DNA of 64,000 nucleotides from Octopus vulgaris (Eukaryota): NCBI GenBank assembly GCA_951406725.2, contig OX597835.1, positions 2,542,001 to 2,606,000 of the forward strand, read 5' to 3'. Shown piece by piece: positions 43,076 to 64,000 of this stretch (position 1 is its first letter; each line of letters starts with the position of its first letter). The notes under the pieces were generated by a model. It saw only the letters and a program-made list of their open reading frames with translations, ran no database searches and was not told where the DNA came from. The position numbers and the translations under genes were made by a program.

Positions 43076-43904
43076 CGCAAAAACTGTCAAACGAACGCGA
43101 ACGTGAAACTCAGACTAACAGGTTTTGTTGAATTTTCTGCTGCTTTAAATAAAGTATATATATATGTATATAGTTATTTGACATTTTTTATTTCAATTTT
43201 TCAACTTCTGTCAAAAAGCATTTGGGAAACTTCGTGGTCGCTTGTCTTGCAAGGAATTACTGAAAAATCATCGTCAAATCAAGTGAAACCTTCTTAAGAA
43301 TGAAATGACAGTTTGGACAGTAGGAACTTATACACATCATATCGATCAAAACTTAGCTGGAAGTAATCATATCTAAATCACTTAGCATCAGGTGTTAGCT
43401 TCACCACGACTGTCTTATGAACAAAACCACAATATCAATGAATAATTTTTGCTAGGACCCAACCTTGCTGCAACGGCTGCATATCCGGCTGTCATTGTCA
43501 TTAAACCTGAAGAGAGAAAATTCAATATATACATTGGCCAGACGGGACTCTATCAGTTGTCACCGTCGAGACCTCGGGTGTTCTGGGAACCTGTACTACT
43601 GATTTCATTTCCAAAATAGGAATGAAGGTGGCCCATCGAATAAATGAGCCCCGGGCGCGGCGGAATACACCATTTGCTCTTGGGTACGAGGCCCATCGCC
43701 CCTCCCTTCCATCTTCTACTGTTTTATATCAGTATTTTTTTTTGTTTCCTTGCTTTTCCTCTTTTATCTCTCTTTTTTCTGTTTCTTCTTTCTTAAATGT
43801 TATAATGTAGAACTTGCAGAATATTCTGGCTTTTACAATAATATAGTGTGACACTCCAATGTAAATCTTACCCTCCATATCCAAAACTTTAAAAAAAAAT
43901 ACCA

Positions 43905-44330
43905 CAGCGAAGAACGAAGCACATAGAATTTGTTACGTTCAATGACGTATAAACAAATAGGACAGCGAAGAACGAAGCACATAGAATTTGTTACGTTCAA
44001 TGACGTATAAACAAATAGGACAGCGAAGAACGAAGCACATAGAATTTGTTACGTTCAATGACGTATAAACAAATTGGACAGCGAAGAACGAAGCACAAAG
44101 AATTTGTTACGTTCAATGACGTATAAACAAATAGGACAGCGAAGAACGAAGCACATAGAATGTGTTACGTTCAATGATGTATAAACAAATAGGACAGCGA
44201 AGAACGAAGCACATGGAATTTGTTACGTTCAATGACGTATAAACAAATAGGACAGCGAAGAACGAAGCACATAGAATTTGTTACGTTCAATGACGTATAA
44301 ACAAATAGAACAACGAAGAACAAAGCACGA
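43905..44330. repeat. 58-bp tandem repeat, 7 copies plus partial
   Basis: Unit cagcgaagaacgaagcacatagaatttgttacgttcaatgacgtataaacaaatagga starts at 43905, 43963, 44021, 44079, 44137, 44195, 44253 and (partial) 44311. Confidence 0.95.
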
Positions 44331-44863
44331 AATATTTGTAATAGTTTAATAAATTAATTTAATTAAAATTTCATTAAAATTTCACGGATTAATAGCATAA
44401 ATGAGATATTTGATGCGATTGTCGTCCAAAATTAGGGTTGTTAGAAAACTCATGATTGTTGGTTATTGTTTACATATTTTTACCATTTCATTTCTTGGCG
44501 CAACATACGTGAATTTCTTTCCAGGATAAATTACAAAATCAAACATCTGCTCGTTAATATTTTATATTTCACTATCTTTCTGACGTTTATTCAAAGTGTT
44601 ATATTGTTATAGGATTTTATAGTTGAGTTAATTTCAAAATTGAAAAGGTAGTAGTAGGAGGAAGAGAAGGAGTAGGGCAGGAGACGAAGTAGCAGCAGCA
44701 GCATTAACAGCAACAACACTTATTGATATTTTTGGAGTCGAGTGTATTTTGCTGTGTATTTGGATTCTTTGTTTTATCTGACTTCGTGATCTCACCGATT
44801 TTCCCTTGTATAAAAACAATCGAACGTATGACATTTATCCACAAGATTCACAGGTGCAGAACG

Positions 44864-49865
<5,002 letters not shown>

Positions 49866-52804
49866 CACGCACCTACTGATAGAGAAATAAAACAACGGGA
49901 GTCATTAGAAACGGAATCTGCAGCTGAAATTTAGGTAACACTTTTTTTTCGCTATCCAAACTTATTTCACTGAAAATCCGAGCTTCACGACATTAACGTT
50001 TAAACAATAAGTAGCTAATTTAATTCCACCAAAAGTACTAATGTAAATATATAACTGAGGTGAAGATGATGTCTTCGAAGCATTTGTCCGTAAATGTTCT
50101 CTATACTGTTGACTTTGAATGAAATGTTCTTACTTCAAAAGTATCTGGCTTCTTTAGAATATATTGGTTTGACTTCTGTGCGACACAAGTATTTGAGGCT
50201 TGTCAAATACTTACACACATACACACACCATCTAAAAACGCTGTATAAAAATCTGTTGTTTTTACTGCTATGTCAAAGATAGACCAGAACCAAAATGTAT
50301 TCACACGTTTCAAATCAAAGAACACTGGTGCAACAACTCAATAAAAACAGCAACCCGATGATAGCAAAATTGCTGCATGGATTTGAGGGCTGCAGTCGTG
50401 CTCTGTTGCAAAGTTTGATGGATGTGAATGTCTCGTCATGAAAAAAGAAAATAAGAACATCTTTCGTAAATTAATGAGAAATGAACAGCACAAATATCCA
50501 GCCTAAATATGTTTACTTGTTTCTTCACAAATAATTAGCATTAACCAAAACATTTAAATTAGAAAAGCTCGAGCTCATCCAAAAAGTACGGGGTAAACTG
50601 ATTCATATTTTCCAAATACAGTCGATGAGATATAAAATGAAAATTTGTAAAACATTCCGCTTATTCTCTGCACGGTTTGTGGACCGTACACATACAAACT
50701 GGCAACAAAGAAATTAAGTTTTACCACTACCACCACCATCATCATCATTACCATGATATACTCTCTTTGAGTATTATGGCGGTGAGTAGGTAGAAACGTT
50801 AGCTCAGCGGGCGAAATGCTTAGCGGTATTTCCTCTGTCTTTATATTCTGAGTTCAAATTCGGCTGACGTCGACTTTGCCTTTCATCCTTTCGGGTTCGA
50901 TAAATTAAGTACCAGTTGCCTACTGGGGTCGATCTAATCGACTAGCCTCCTCCCAAAAACTCTTGGGCATTGTGCCCAGAGTAGAAAAGTGTTCGTTATC
51001 AAGAGAACTGCTTCAACCCTTGCTTAATCTAACTTTCCTTTTCTTCTTTCTTTCTCAGTTTGCATTCCTTACCGTTTTCACTTGTGGCTCCCCCCCCACA
51101 CACGCACACAGTCACGCACCTTCATATACACACATACACATATGATTTGTTGGTTCGATTTTGGCTAGGGTTAGCTCATCATTTTTCAATCATTTGTTTA
51201 TTATCGACCCCAGTACTCAACTCGTACTTTGATTTATCGACCTCGAACCGATGAAAAGTAAAGTCGACCTCGGCGGTGTTTGAACTCAGTGAGAACTAAT
51301 AATTAATAAATAGCAATTAGATAAAAAAAAAAAAAAGTGATTTTAAGCAGTATCAAATCTATATCCTCCATAATGTCCATGTTCTTCAGTGGAGACGTCA
51401 AACTTTTCGATGAAAACACGACAATGTCTATATGTTGGTTTTTAGATGCAAACATATATATTCTTTTGTTTTTCTACTCTAGGCACAAGGTCCGAAATTT
51501 TGGAGGAAGTGCCAGTCGAATAGATTGACCCCAGTACGCAATTGGTACTTAATTTATCGGAATTTGAACTCGGATCGTAAATATAGACGAAATACCTATT
51601 TCTTTATTACCCATAAGGGGCTAAACATAGAGGGGACAAACAAGGACAGACAAACGGATTAATTCGATTACATCGACTCCAGTGAGTAACTGGTACATAA
51701 TTTTATCGACCTCGATAGGATGAAAGGCAAAGTCGACCTCGGCGGAATTTGAACTCAAAACGTAATGGCATACGAAATACTGCAAAGCATTTCGCCCGGC
51801 GTTGCTAACGTTTCTACTTGTTCGCCGCCTTATGCGAACATGTATATTGATACTAGAAAATCGCTGCATATTCCAAATTGTTGTTTAGGAACAAGTTATT
51901 CCTACTCCAGCTGACATATTGTCAAAGACATTTAATTATCATTTCAACATTTAGTAATGTGACTAATTGCAACAATAGTTTTAAGTATTAACGAATATTT
52001 ATAATTTTGGCCGATATAATGTTTTAGAATCATTTTTAATTGTTGCCTCTCGATAAAGTGAGTAAATGAGAACATTTTTCGAGAACTTGTGACAAATATA
52101 AAGCTGTAGTAGCCAACACTAATATTTTCATTTGTTTCTTAACAACCGATTTGAATTAGCCAAAAAAAAACAAAACTAGAAAAGCTACAGTTTATCCCAA
52201 AAGTAAAGATTAAAACCATGCATATTCACCAAGTGCAAGCGCTGAACTGTGAGGCGAAAATCTTTAAGGGTGCTTTCTCTTTTTCAGGTTCTTCGGTTGT
52301 ACACATGAATACAGGCAACAAAAAAAACGAAGCTTATAAACACACATTCTGCCTCTATAAGACATCATCATTACCATAACACTCTGTACATTGTTATTAC
52401 TAATTTACAAACAGCCGCAATGAATAATTTGAATGTTACATACTTGTTATATTCTAACGGTAAAGTTCAAGTTAGATGATGGTATTTATATATATAGTCT
52501 GTTTGCTCCAACTTTCTTCTTCTTATCTCATTCTCAACTTGCTATGTATGTATACATATACATATATATTTCTGTAATATTTATATATATATATATCTGT
52601 GTGTGAGGGCGTAGGTGGGTTTGTGAAAGACATGATTAATGAGATGAGATTCAATATTACTAGTCTTTGTAGCTCGGACACTTGCGTGGAGGCATAATAA
52701 AGAATAAGTCATTTCAAACAATATTAAATTTATATTCTGTTACGTCAATGTTCATCACTGAACGACAGAGCGACATCTGTGTGTCAGGAAATTATTTCAC
52801 AGCG

Positions 52805-53040
52805 AAGGCGGAGAGCTGGCAGAAACGTTAGCACGCCGGGCGAAATGCTTTGCAGTATTTCGTCTGCCTTTACGTTCTGAGTTCAAATTCCGCCGAGGTC
52901 GACTTTGCCTTTCATCCTTTCGGGTTCGATAAAATTATGTACCAGTTACGCACTGAAGTCGATGTAATCGACTTAATCCGTTTGTCTGTTTTTTTTTGTC
53001 GCCTCTATGTTTAGCCCCTTGTGGGCAATAAAAAAATAAG
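52805..53040 (+). mobile_element. SINE family A (other copies ~21205-21700, 40090-40490 -, 50775-50990, 51470-51830 -, 58680-58910, 59013-59230)
   Basis: Recurrent gagttcaaattccgccgaggtcgactttgcctttcatcctttcggg.tcgataaa...gtaccag body. Confidence 0.75.
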
Positions 53041-53625
53041 AAATTAGTTCACAGTTTTCCTCAGGAAAAATGTTACAGGAATTTGAATAAGTAAAGTTGA
53101 GTTGTAACATCTTTTCAGCATAGCTTAGAGTGGATTTCAAAAAGTTCTGCATGATGGACGGGTTTTATGTCTAAGTTCTTCGGCTGATATCTAAGATCCC
53201 ACTAAAAATGCCTGCTGTTCAAATTCATAACAAATTACAGTATTACCAGTATTTAATGAAAAATCAGAGGAAGAACGACTACGATGCTTTATTTCTTGGA
53301 AACATAAACGAAATGCCTTTTCCAGTTCACATGGTAGAGATTTGATATCTAAATCACATCAAAACAAAAGGACTGGCTTGAATCAAAATAGTATTACCTC
53401 AGTATTTCTTAGGTTCTGATACACTTGTTTCAGTCATGTGAGTGTGGCCTTGCTGGAGCACCGCCTTTATTCGAGCAAATTGGCCCCAGGACTTATTCTT
53501 TGCAAGCCTAGTACTTATTCTATCGGTCTCTTTTGCCAAACCGCTAAGTTACGGGGACGTAAACACACCAGCATCGGTTGTCAAGCGATGTTGGGGGGGG
53601 GGCAAACATAGACACACAAACATAT

Positions 53626-53682
<57 letters not shown>

Positions 53683-54358
53683 CATACATATATACGACGG
53701 CCTTCTTTCAGTTTCCATCTACCAAATCCACTCACAAGGATTTGGTCGGCCCGAGAATATAGTAGAAGACACTTGCCCAAGGTGCCACGCAATGGGACTG
53801 AACCCGGAACCATGTGGTTCGTAAGCAAGCTACGTTCAACTTCAAAAAGATGAAGATCTCTAGCAAAGGAAACATATAGAGAATTGCCATCGATGCACGC
53901 ACAAAGTTGAATGGATAAAGATAGATGTAGAAAATTGATAAATGTTGTTAGCAATTCTGGTGAACTACAAAAGTAAAATATTTGACTATCTGAGACCCAT
54001 TTAGTGCATTTAGTGAAGAACGGAAGGATGTTGTTGATAATATTCGACTCGTAACAAACACTGGTGGACAGTGAATTCTCTCCAGATGTTAGTATCAGTA
54101 AACCGAGGAAAGGTGATGAATATTTCAGAAGTAGATGTTGAACGAGTTATTTCCAACTGATGAGCTCAAACTAGGTTTTTGCATAGAGAGGGTGAAATCA
54201 ATTGATCCTGAAATAGACACATTTCTTACTTCTGTATTCCACGAAAGGAAAGCCTGCTTCTGCTATATTCGTTGCATTGCTCGTGTGTATTTTGGAGGTA
54301 TGGGTCTGTTTATAGCAAGTGGTATTTAAATAACCTACGATATCTATCTACCTACCTA

Positions 54359-54481
<123 letters not shown>

Positions 54482-54745
54482 ATATTTACATACATATAAA
54501 TATATGTATATATATATAATAAAATATTAGGGAACAAATCCAAACTTACAGGGAAAAATCAGATTTAGGATTAAATCCAATTTTATAGTATAAATATATT
54601 ATATTATATTGTATTAAATTAGAGATAAAACCACTATTAGGCAAATCAAACAATGAAAAACATAACCCAATGCATAAAATTAATTAAATTATATTATTTT
54701 AAATATATATCATAAGTATTAAAAGTTTAATAAAAAATAAAGAGT

Positions 54746-54822
54746 AAAACACTACGATCGTTTCATGACTGTACAATTCGTAATAATTCGAGTTATGGTT
54801 ACAGTCAATCTTCAGGTTAATT
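54746..54822 (-). ncRNA. Candidate hammerhead-like ribozyme in Penelope terminal repeat
   Basis: Minus strand: CTGAAGA-T-TGACTGTA...TACAGTCA-T-GAAA-CGATCG-TA. It has an 8-bp stem II and a palindromic stem III, but stem I is weak. Related copies at ~23286-23387 (+) and, mutated, ~963-1035 (-). Confidence 0.5.
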
Positions 54823-55054
54823 GAAATATCAGACTCTATATTCAATAAATCATTAAATATTCATTAAAATATATTTAGTAATAAAATATTTAGTAATACA
54901 ATGAACAACTATATATAATCTAACTATAATTATAAACAGAACCTAAATAACTAAAAGAAACTAATATAATAAGTACTACAAATCACTTGCTATATTTAGA
55001 ATACTATTACATTAAACAACAAATAGGGAGCTAATTAAGGCTAAGAAATATTCA

Positions 55055-55843
55055 TTACTTTTCAAGAAATTTATTATATAAGTAAAGCAACTTGTGTCTG
55101 CATTTTATTTTGCGCTCATCATAGTTATTCACTAAATTATCATGCTTATAAAATAAAATTTTCTTAAACTCATTTGAACATAAATAACAAAAATTCACTC
55201 CTATACTATATGATTTAGCCTTACTAATTATTTCCCAAGATAAATTATAATCAATATTTTGGGATTTAAGTCCCCAAATGTACTTGCTAAGTCCAGTGGA
55301 GTTAATTAAGTTTTTATTTTTAAATGAATGCATATGCTGTGCAATTCTTAATTTTATTTTAGGGGAAGTGGACCCTATATATATCGCGTTTGAGTTATTA
55401 TTATTCTTATTATTCTCATCATGTAATGTAACTATACATTTATACACTACATCGTTAAAATCACATTTATTATTTAATTTACATTTAGTTTTATCTCTAC
55501 ATGTACACTTAATTAGTGTCTTATCTATATTATTGGTATTATTATATAATTTATTTTTATAAAAAATATTCAGTTTAACTTTGTTAAAAGAAGAAATAAT
55601 GTTACCTACACTATTAGTGGTGGAAGAACCTACTCCAAAATCATTACTAGAGAAAATGTTTTTATATTTACGATTATCTCGAATAAATAGTTCAATAATA
55701 TCTAAAATCTCTTTAATAATGTTCGTTTTAACTTGAGCACCATAAGGAACTATTAACCAAATTTTATTCTTATTTTCCTTCTTCTTATTATTAAAACTGT
55801 CATTATTATTGTTACCATTATTATTATTATATTTCTTTATCAT
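55055..55843 (-). CDS. GIY-YIG endonuclease domain of Penelope-like element (separated from RT part by frameshift; probably non-functional)
   Basis: CTCRDKTKCKLNNKC...VVYKC...AIYIGST...KLRIAQHMHSF...TGLSKYIWGLK...WEII...CYLC..E, typical of PLE GIY-YIG domains with Cys motifs. Confidence 0.8.
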   Translation of the reverse strand: MIKKYNNNNGNNNNDSFNNKKKENKNKIWLIVPYGAQVKTNIIKEILDIIELFIRDNRKYKNIFSSNDFGVGSSTTNSVGNIISSFNKVKLNIFYKNKLYNNTNNIDKTLIKCTCRDKTKCKLNNKCDFNDVVYKCIVTLHDENNKNNNNSNAIYIGSTSPKIKLRIAQHMHSFKNKNLINSTGLSKYIWGLKSQNIDYNLSWEIISKAKSYSIGVNFCYLCSNEFKKILFYKHDNLVNNYDERKIKCRHKLLYLYNKFLEK

Positions 55844-56484
55844 ATTATTATTATTATTATTAGATTTATATTTATAATTAACATTTAAAGAATTATTAAA
55901 GTTATTAATTATATTTCCATTTTTATTCTTATTTTTATTTATATTATTTTTATTTTTATAATTTCTAAGATTATTACCACTATTACTAACAAAATTATTA
56001 TATAATTATTATTAATATTTTTATCTCTAATATTAATAGTTATATCTTTATTTTTAATAAAAAATTTAATCTTACTATTATAACCTGCCTCTCTAAGGGC
56101 CTCATTGTAATAAGGAGCATGTTTATTAAAAATCTCTAAATCATAAGAAAGTAATGATATACGTTTACTTATATTATTAATCAACGATTTTTTAATTGAT
56201 GGTGGGTGATTACTATTAACATTTATATATCTAAGGTTCTCATTAAGTTTATGATATGGTTGTGTTTTACCTGTAATTAGATTAAAATTAACATCTAAAT
56301 AATTAACATTAAAATTCTCATTATATATAGTAATACTTAAACCATATCTTTTAAAGAAACTATTAAGTTTTTTATTATATACTTCTAGGTTCCTATTAGT
56401 GCAATTTTTAGTAATTAGTAGAAGGTCATCTTTATATAAACCACCCTCTATTTTTAAATTTTCTAATTGGAGTTCAGATAAAAG

Positions 56485-56515
<31 letters not shown>

Positions 56516-56941
56516 TATACACATACACTGCTGCTGTGTTTTTAGTTGTTCTTGTTGCTTTCTTTACAACTCGAGCAAACCCGCCAACAGGTCTTCCATA
56601 ATTTTACAATTTTTTTCCGGGAGTTTTGTGCTTCTTTGTGAATGTCATAACTCCTTGCGAGTTTGTTAATTCCGCGTCGCCACTGCTGTTTCCTTAATGG
56701 TGGATTGTTATAACGTCCACTCTGGTATAGCTGAATAGTTAGTTAGACCAGTAAAGACCACGACTTTCTATATCCGACTACTACATACTCTTAGTCGACA
56801 TTGACTGATGTCACTTTATTTATAGCGACTAACACATACCAACTCGTCACGTAGGAGGGGTGTAATTTTATAACTATTTCCCCTACAACACAAACACCGA
56901 CAGAAAAACAAACACACACACACACACATATATATGTGTCG

Positions 56942-57009
<68 letters not shown>

Positions 57010-60000
57010 CAAATACACCTACATATATTTCGATTGCATCGGTTAGTAAACGTTGTCGGTGCACTTTCTTTCAGCAAGCAAATCGACCCAAGGCCGTTTT
57101 ATAAGCCCGTTCTCTACTGTTCTCATTTGCTAAATCTCTAAAGTATGGTGACGCTTCACACCCGGGTTTGGAGCCAACAACAGACGGATGTCACATGTAG
57201 TTGTATGTGTGTGTGTGTGTGTAATTTATTAATGAGAGAGATGGAATATGGAAGATACGAGGATCTCAATTGATCACTAGAAATGCTTCGACCCATCGTG
57301 TGGGGTCTGACCATCTGGTTAGGCGTATTCATTGGTGTAGTTGTACATCATCATTCTTATTGAACATCCATTGAACAAATCTCAGATACAATAAGAAACA
57401 CATACTGAATGCAGTGAAAAATGTATTAGATATCTAATTACATCGACACCTCTCCTCAACTGGTACTTATTTTATCAACTGGGAAATGATGAATGGCAGT
57501 TGATATCGGCGGAATTTGAACTCAGAAAGTGGGGACAACGGACGAAATGTCGCTGACCATTTTGATTAGCGCGCAACCGATGCTGCCGGATCGCGGCGAA
57601 GGAATAATAAAACAAAGCAACTGACACAACATACGTTAATTATTAGCAGCACGTCGACAAATGCCAACTTACAGTCCTGTTTATATATTTATGACCGGTC
57701 AACATTATTTATTATTGTAATTTCTTTTATTCTTCTATCATTTTAATTGTTTTAGTCATTAGACTGCGGCCATGCTAGGGTGCCACTTTGAAGAAATTCA
57801 GTCGAATAAATCAACACCAGTACTTTTGTTTTTTTATTTTGAAGCCTGACACTTCACTTTTGCCAAACCGATACGTTGTGGGGTCTAGAGTTTTTCTCTT
57901 AAAAACAAGGATCGGCTTTAACAGAAGTTAATCAGAACCAAAGAAAGTACTTAAGTAATCTTATTTGTTTCGAGGCCAGTGGCTTCCATCGCTTTTCTTT
58001 TTTTATCTCTTTTCTTTTTTGCTTGGCCATAGATTTTAATTTTCTGCCATGTCGATAGCAACAGGTATTTTGTTTTATGTTCTCAATAAATTCTGATATG
58101 GTTTGAAATGACGTTTTCTCATCACTAAATCAATCACACATCTGTCGATCTACATAACTTAGTAAATACTGAATCACATCGTATAAATCATGCTCTTGAT
58201 ATATGTGTGTGTTTGTGTGTGTTTGTGTGTGTGTGTTTGTGTGTTTGTGTGTGTATGTGCGTGTGTGACCAAAAGAAGGAAACAGTAAAGTGAAAATTGA
58301 GAGAGAAGAAATCAAAAGCCAGACCAACCGAGGGTTGAAGAGGTTCAGTAAGTTTACTAACAATATACAAAGCTCACCAACCAGCCTGGACGCTGCCCAA
58401 GAGAAGGTTCGAGAGCGCTTTATATGAATACCGTTCTAATGTAACACGTATGTAGCATTTCGATTATTCATTGTGGCTGTGTGTGAATTAGTAATAGCAA
58501 TAGACAGAGTATGTTATGGTGGTGGTGGTGGTGGTGGTGGTGGTGGTGGTAGTGGTAGAGCTTAATTTGTTTGTTGACGGTTTGCATGTGTACAGTCCAA
58601 GAACGGCAAACAGAGAGAATAAGCGGAATGTTTTGCAAATTCTCACTTTATATCTCATCGGTTGTATTTGGAATAATGTAAGGCGGTGAGCTGGCAGAAT
58701 CGTTAGCACGACGGGCGAAATGCTTAGTGGTATTTCGTCTGCGTTACGTTGTGAGTTCAAATTCCGCCGAGGTCGACTTTGCCTTTCATCCTTTCGGGGT
58801 CGATAAATTAAGTACCAGTTACGCACTGGGGTCGATGTAATCGACTTAATACCTATGTCTGTCCTTGTTTGTCCGCTCTGTGTTTAGCCCCTTGTGGGTA
58901 ATAAAGAAATAGGTTTGCATGTGTACAGTCCAAGAACGGCAAACAGAGAGAATAAGCGGAATGTTTTGCAAATTCTCACTTTATATCTCATCGGTTGTAT
59001 TTGGAATAATGTAAGGCGGTGAGCTGGCAGAATCGTTAGCACGACGGGCGAAATGCTTAGCCCGTATTTCGTCTGCCGCTACGTTCTGAGCTCAAATTCT
59101 GACGAAGTCCACTTTTCCCTTCATCATTTCGGGTTCGATAAATTAGGTACCAGTTGAGTACTGGGGTCGATGTGATCGACTATCCACCTCCCTGCAAAAT
59201 CCAGGCCTTGTGCTTATGGTACAAAAAAATTGTATTTGGAAAATATGAATCAGTTTACCCCGTACTTTTTGGATGAACTCGAGCTTTTCTAATTTTAATG
59301 TTTTGGTTAATGCTAATTATTTGTGAAGAAACAAGTAAACATATTTAGGCTGGATATTTGTGCTCAACATTTCTCATTAATTTACGAAAGATGTTCTTAT
59401 TTTCTTTTTTCATGACGAGACATTCACATCCATCAAACTTTGCAACAGAGCACGACTGCAGCCCTCAAATCCATGCAACAATTTTGCTATCATCGGGTTG
59501 CTGTTTTTATTGAGTTGTTGCACCAGTATTCTTTGATTTGAAACGTGTGAATACATTTTAGTTCTGGTCTATATTTGACATAGCAGTAAAAACAACAGGT
59601 TTTTTATACAGCGTTTTTAGATGGTGTGTGTGTGTATGTTTGTAAGTATTTGACAAGCCTCAAATACTTGTTTCGGACAGAAGTCAAACCAATATATTCT
59701 ATAGGAGCCAGATACTTTTGAAGTAAGAACATTTTATTCACAGTCAACAGTATGGAGAATATTTACGGACAAATGCTTCGAAGACATCATCTTCACCTCA
59801 GTTATATATTTACATTAGTACTTTTGGTGGAATTAAATTTGCATTAGTACTTTTGGTACAATTAAATTAGCTACTTATTGTTTAAACCATAATGTCGTGA
59901 AGCTCGGATTTTCAGTGAAATAAATTTGGATAGCGAAAAAAATAAGTGTTACCTAAATTTCAGCTGCAGATTCCGTTTCTAATGACTCCCGTTGTTTTAT

Positions 60001-60021
60001 TTCTCTATCAGTAGGTGCGTG

Positions 60022-64000
<3,979 letters not shown>

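Larger units (their letters stand above)
54527..56485 (-). mobile_element. Penelope-like retroelement, 5'-truncated (RT C-terminus, GIY-YIG endonuclease, 3' terminal repeat region)
   Basis: The minus strand from ~56485 reads [24 protein letters not shown]...VNYLDVNFNL...YINVNSNHPPSIKK (RT YxDD and thumb motifs), then the endonuclease ORF and an AT-rich terminal segment. Bounded by (TA)n-rich tracts. Confidence 0.85.

Noticed and set aside
43905-44330. CRISPR-like array
   Set aside because: Units are head-to-tail 58-mers with no unique spacers, in eukaryotic DNA with no cas genes.
52130-52460. Possible exon (tttcag|GTTCTTCGG...) homologous to 4840-5090, 20590-20820, 50530-50770 and 58440-58680
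   Set aside because: Acceptor and reading frame are not conserved between copies and there is no Cys framework; treated as old duplicated flank.
54150-54180. CTGATGAGCTCAAA hammerhead-like string
   Set aside because: Lacks GAAA and supporting stems; disrupted in the paralog at ~405.
53832-54329. Coding-looking segment (ORFs 54135..54329 and 371..577)
   Set aside because: Multiple stops and no recognisable motif; possibly a decayed pseudogene or transposon, but unsupported.

Overview
AT-rich, microsatellite- and SINE-dense eukaryotic DNA whose repeat content resembles octopus (cephalopod) genomes; the taxon is an inference. The main content is largely missed by the ORF track: a cluster of five paralogous three-coding-exon genes in alternating orientation (+,-,+,-,+). 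The four complete genes encode 110-116 aa precursors: signal peptide (exon A), propeptide (exon B), then a KR cleavage site, an 8-Cys C-C-CC-CxC-CxC knottin (agatoxin/ICK-type framework) and a conserved hydrophobic C-terminal tail resembling a GPI-anchor signal (exon C). The fifth gene is cut at the start of exon C by the window end. Splice phases (1 and 2) join in frame in every copy. Signal/pro exons, introns and tails are near-identical among recent copies, while the inter-cysteine loops are hypervariable, a conotoxin-like pattern. The genes sit in nested direct and inverted segmental duplications. Also present are Penelope-like retroelements (RT remnant plus GIY-YIG endonuclease), a well-formed type I hammerhead ribozyme in a 304-bp insertion, R4/Dong and CR1-like LINE scraps, many tRNA-derived SINEs, minisatellites and fold-back structures.
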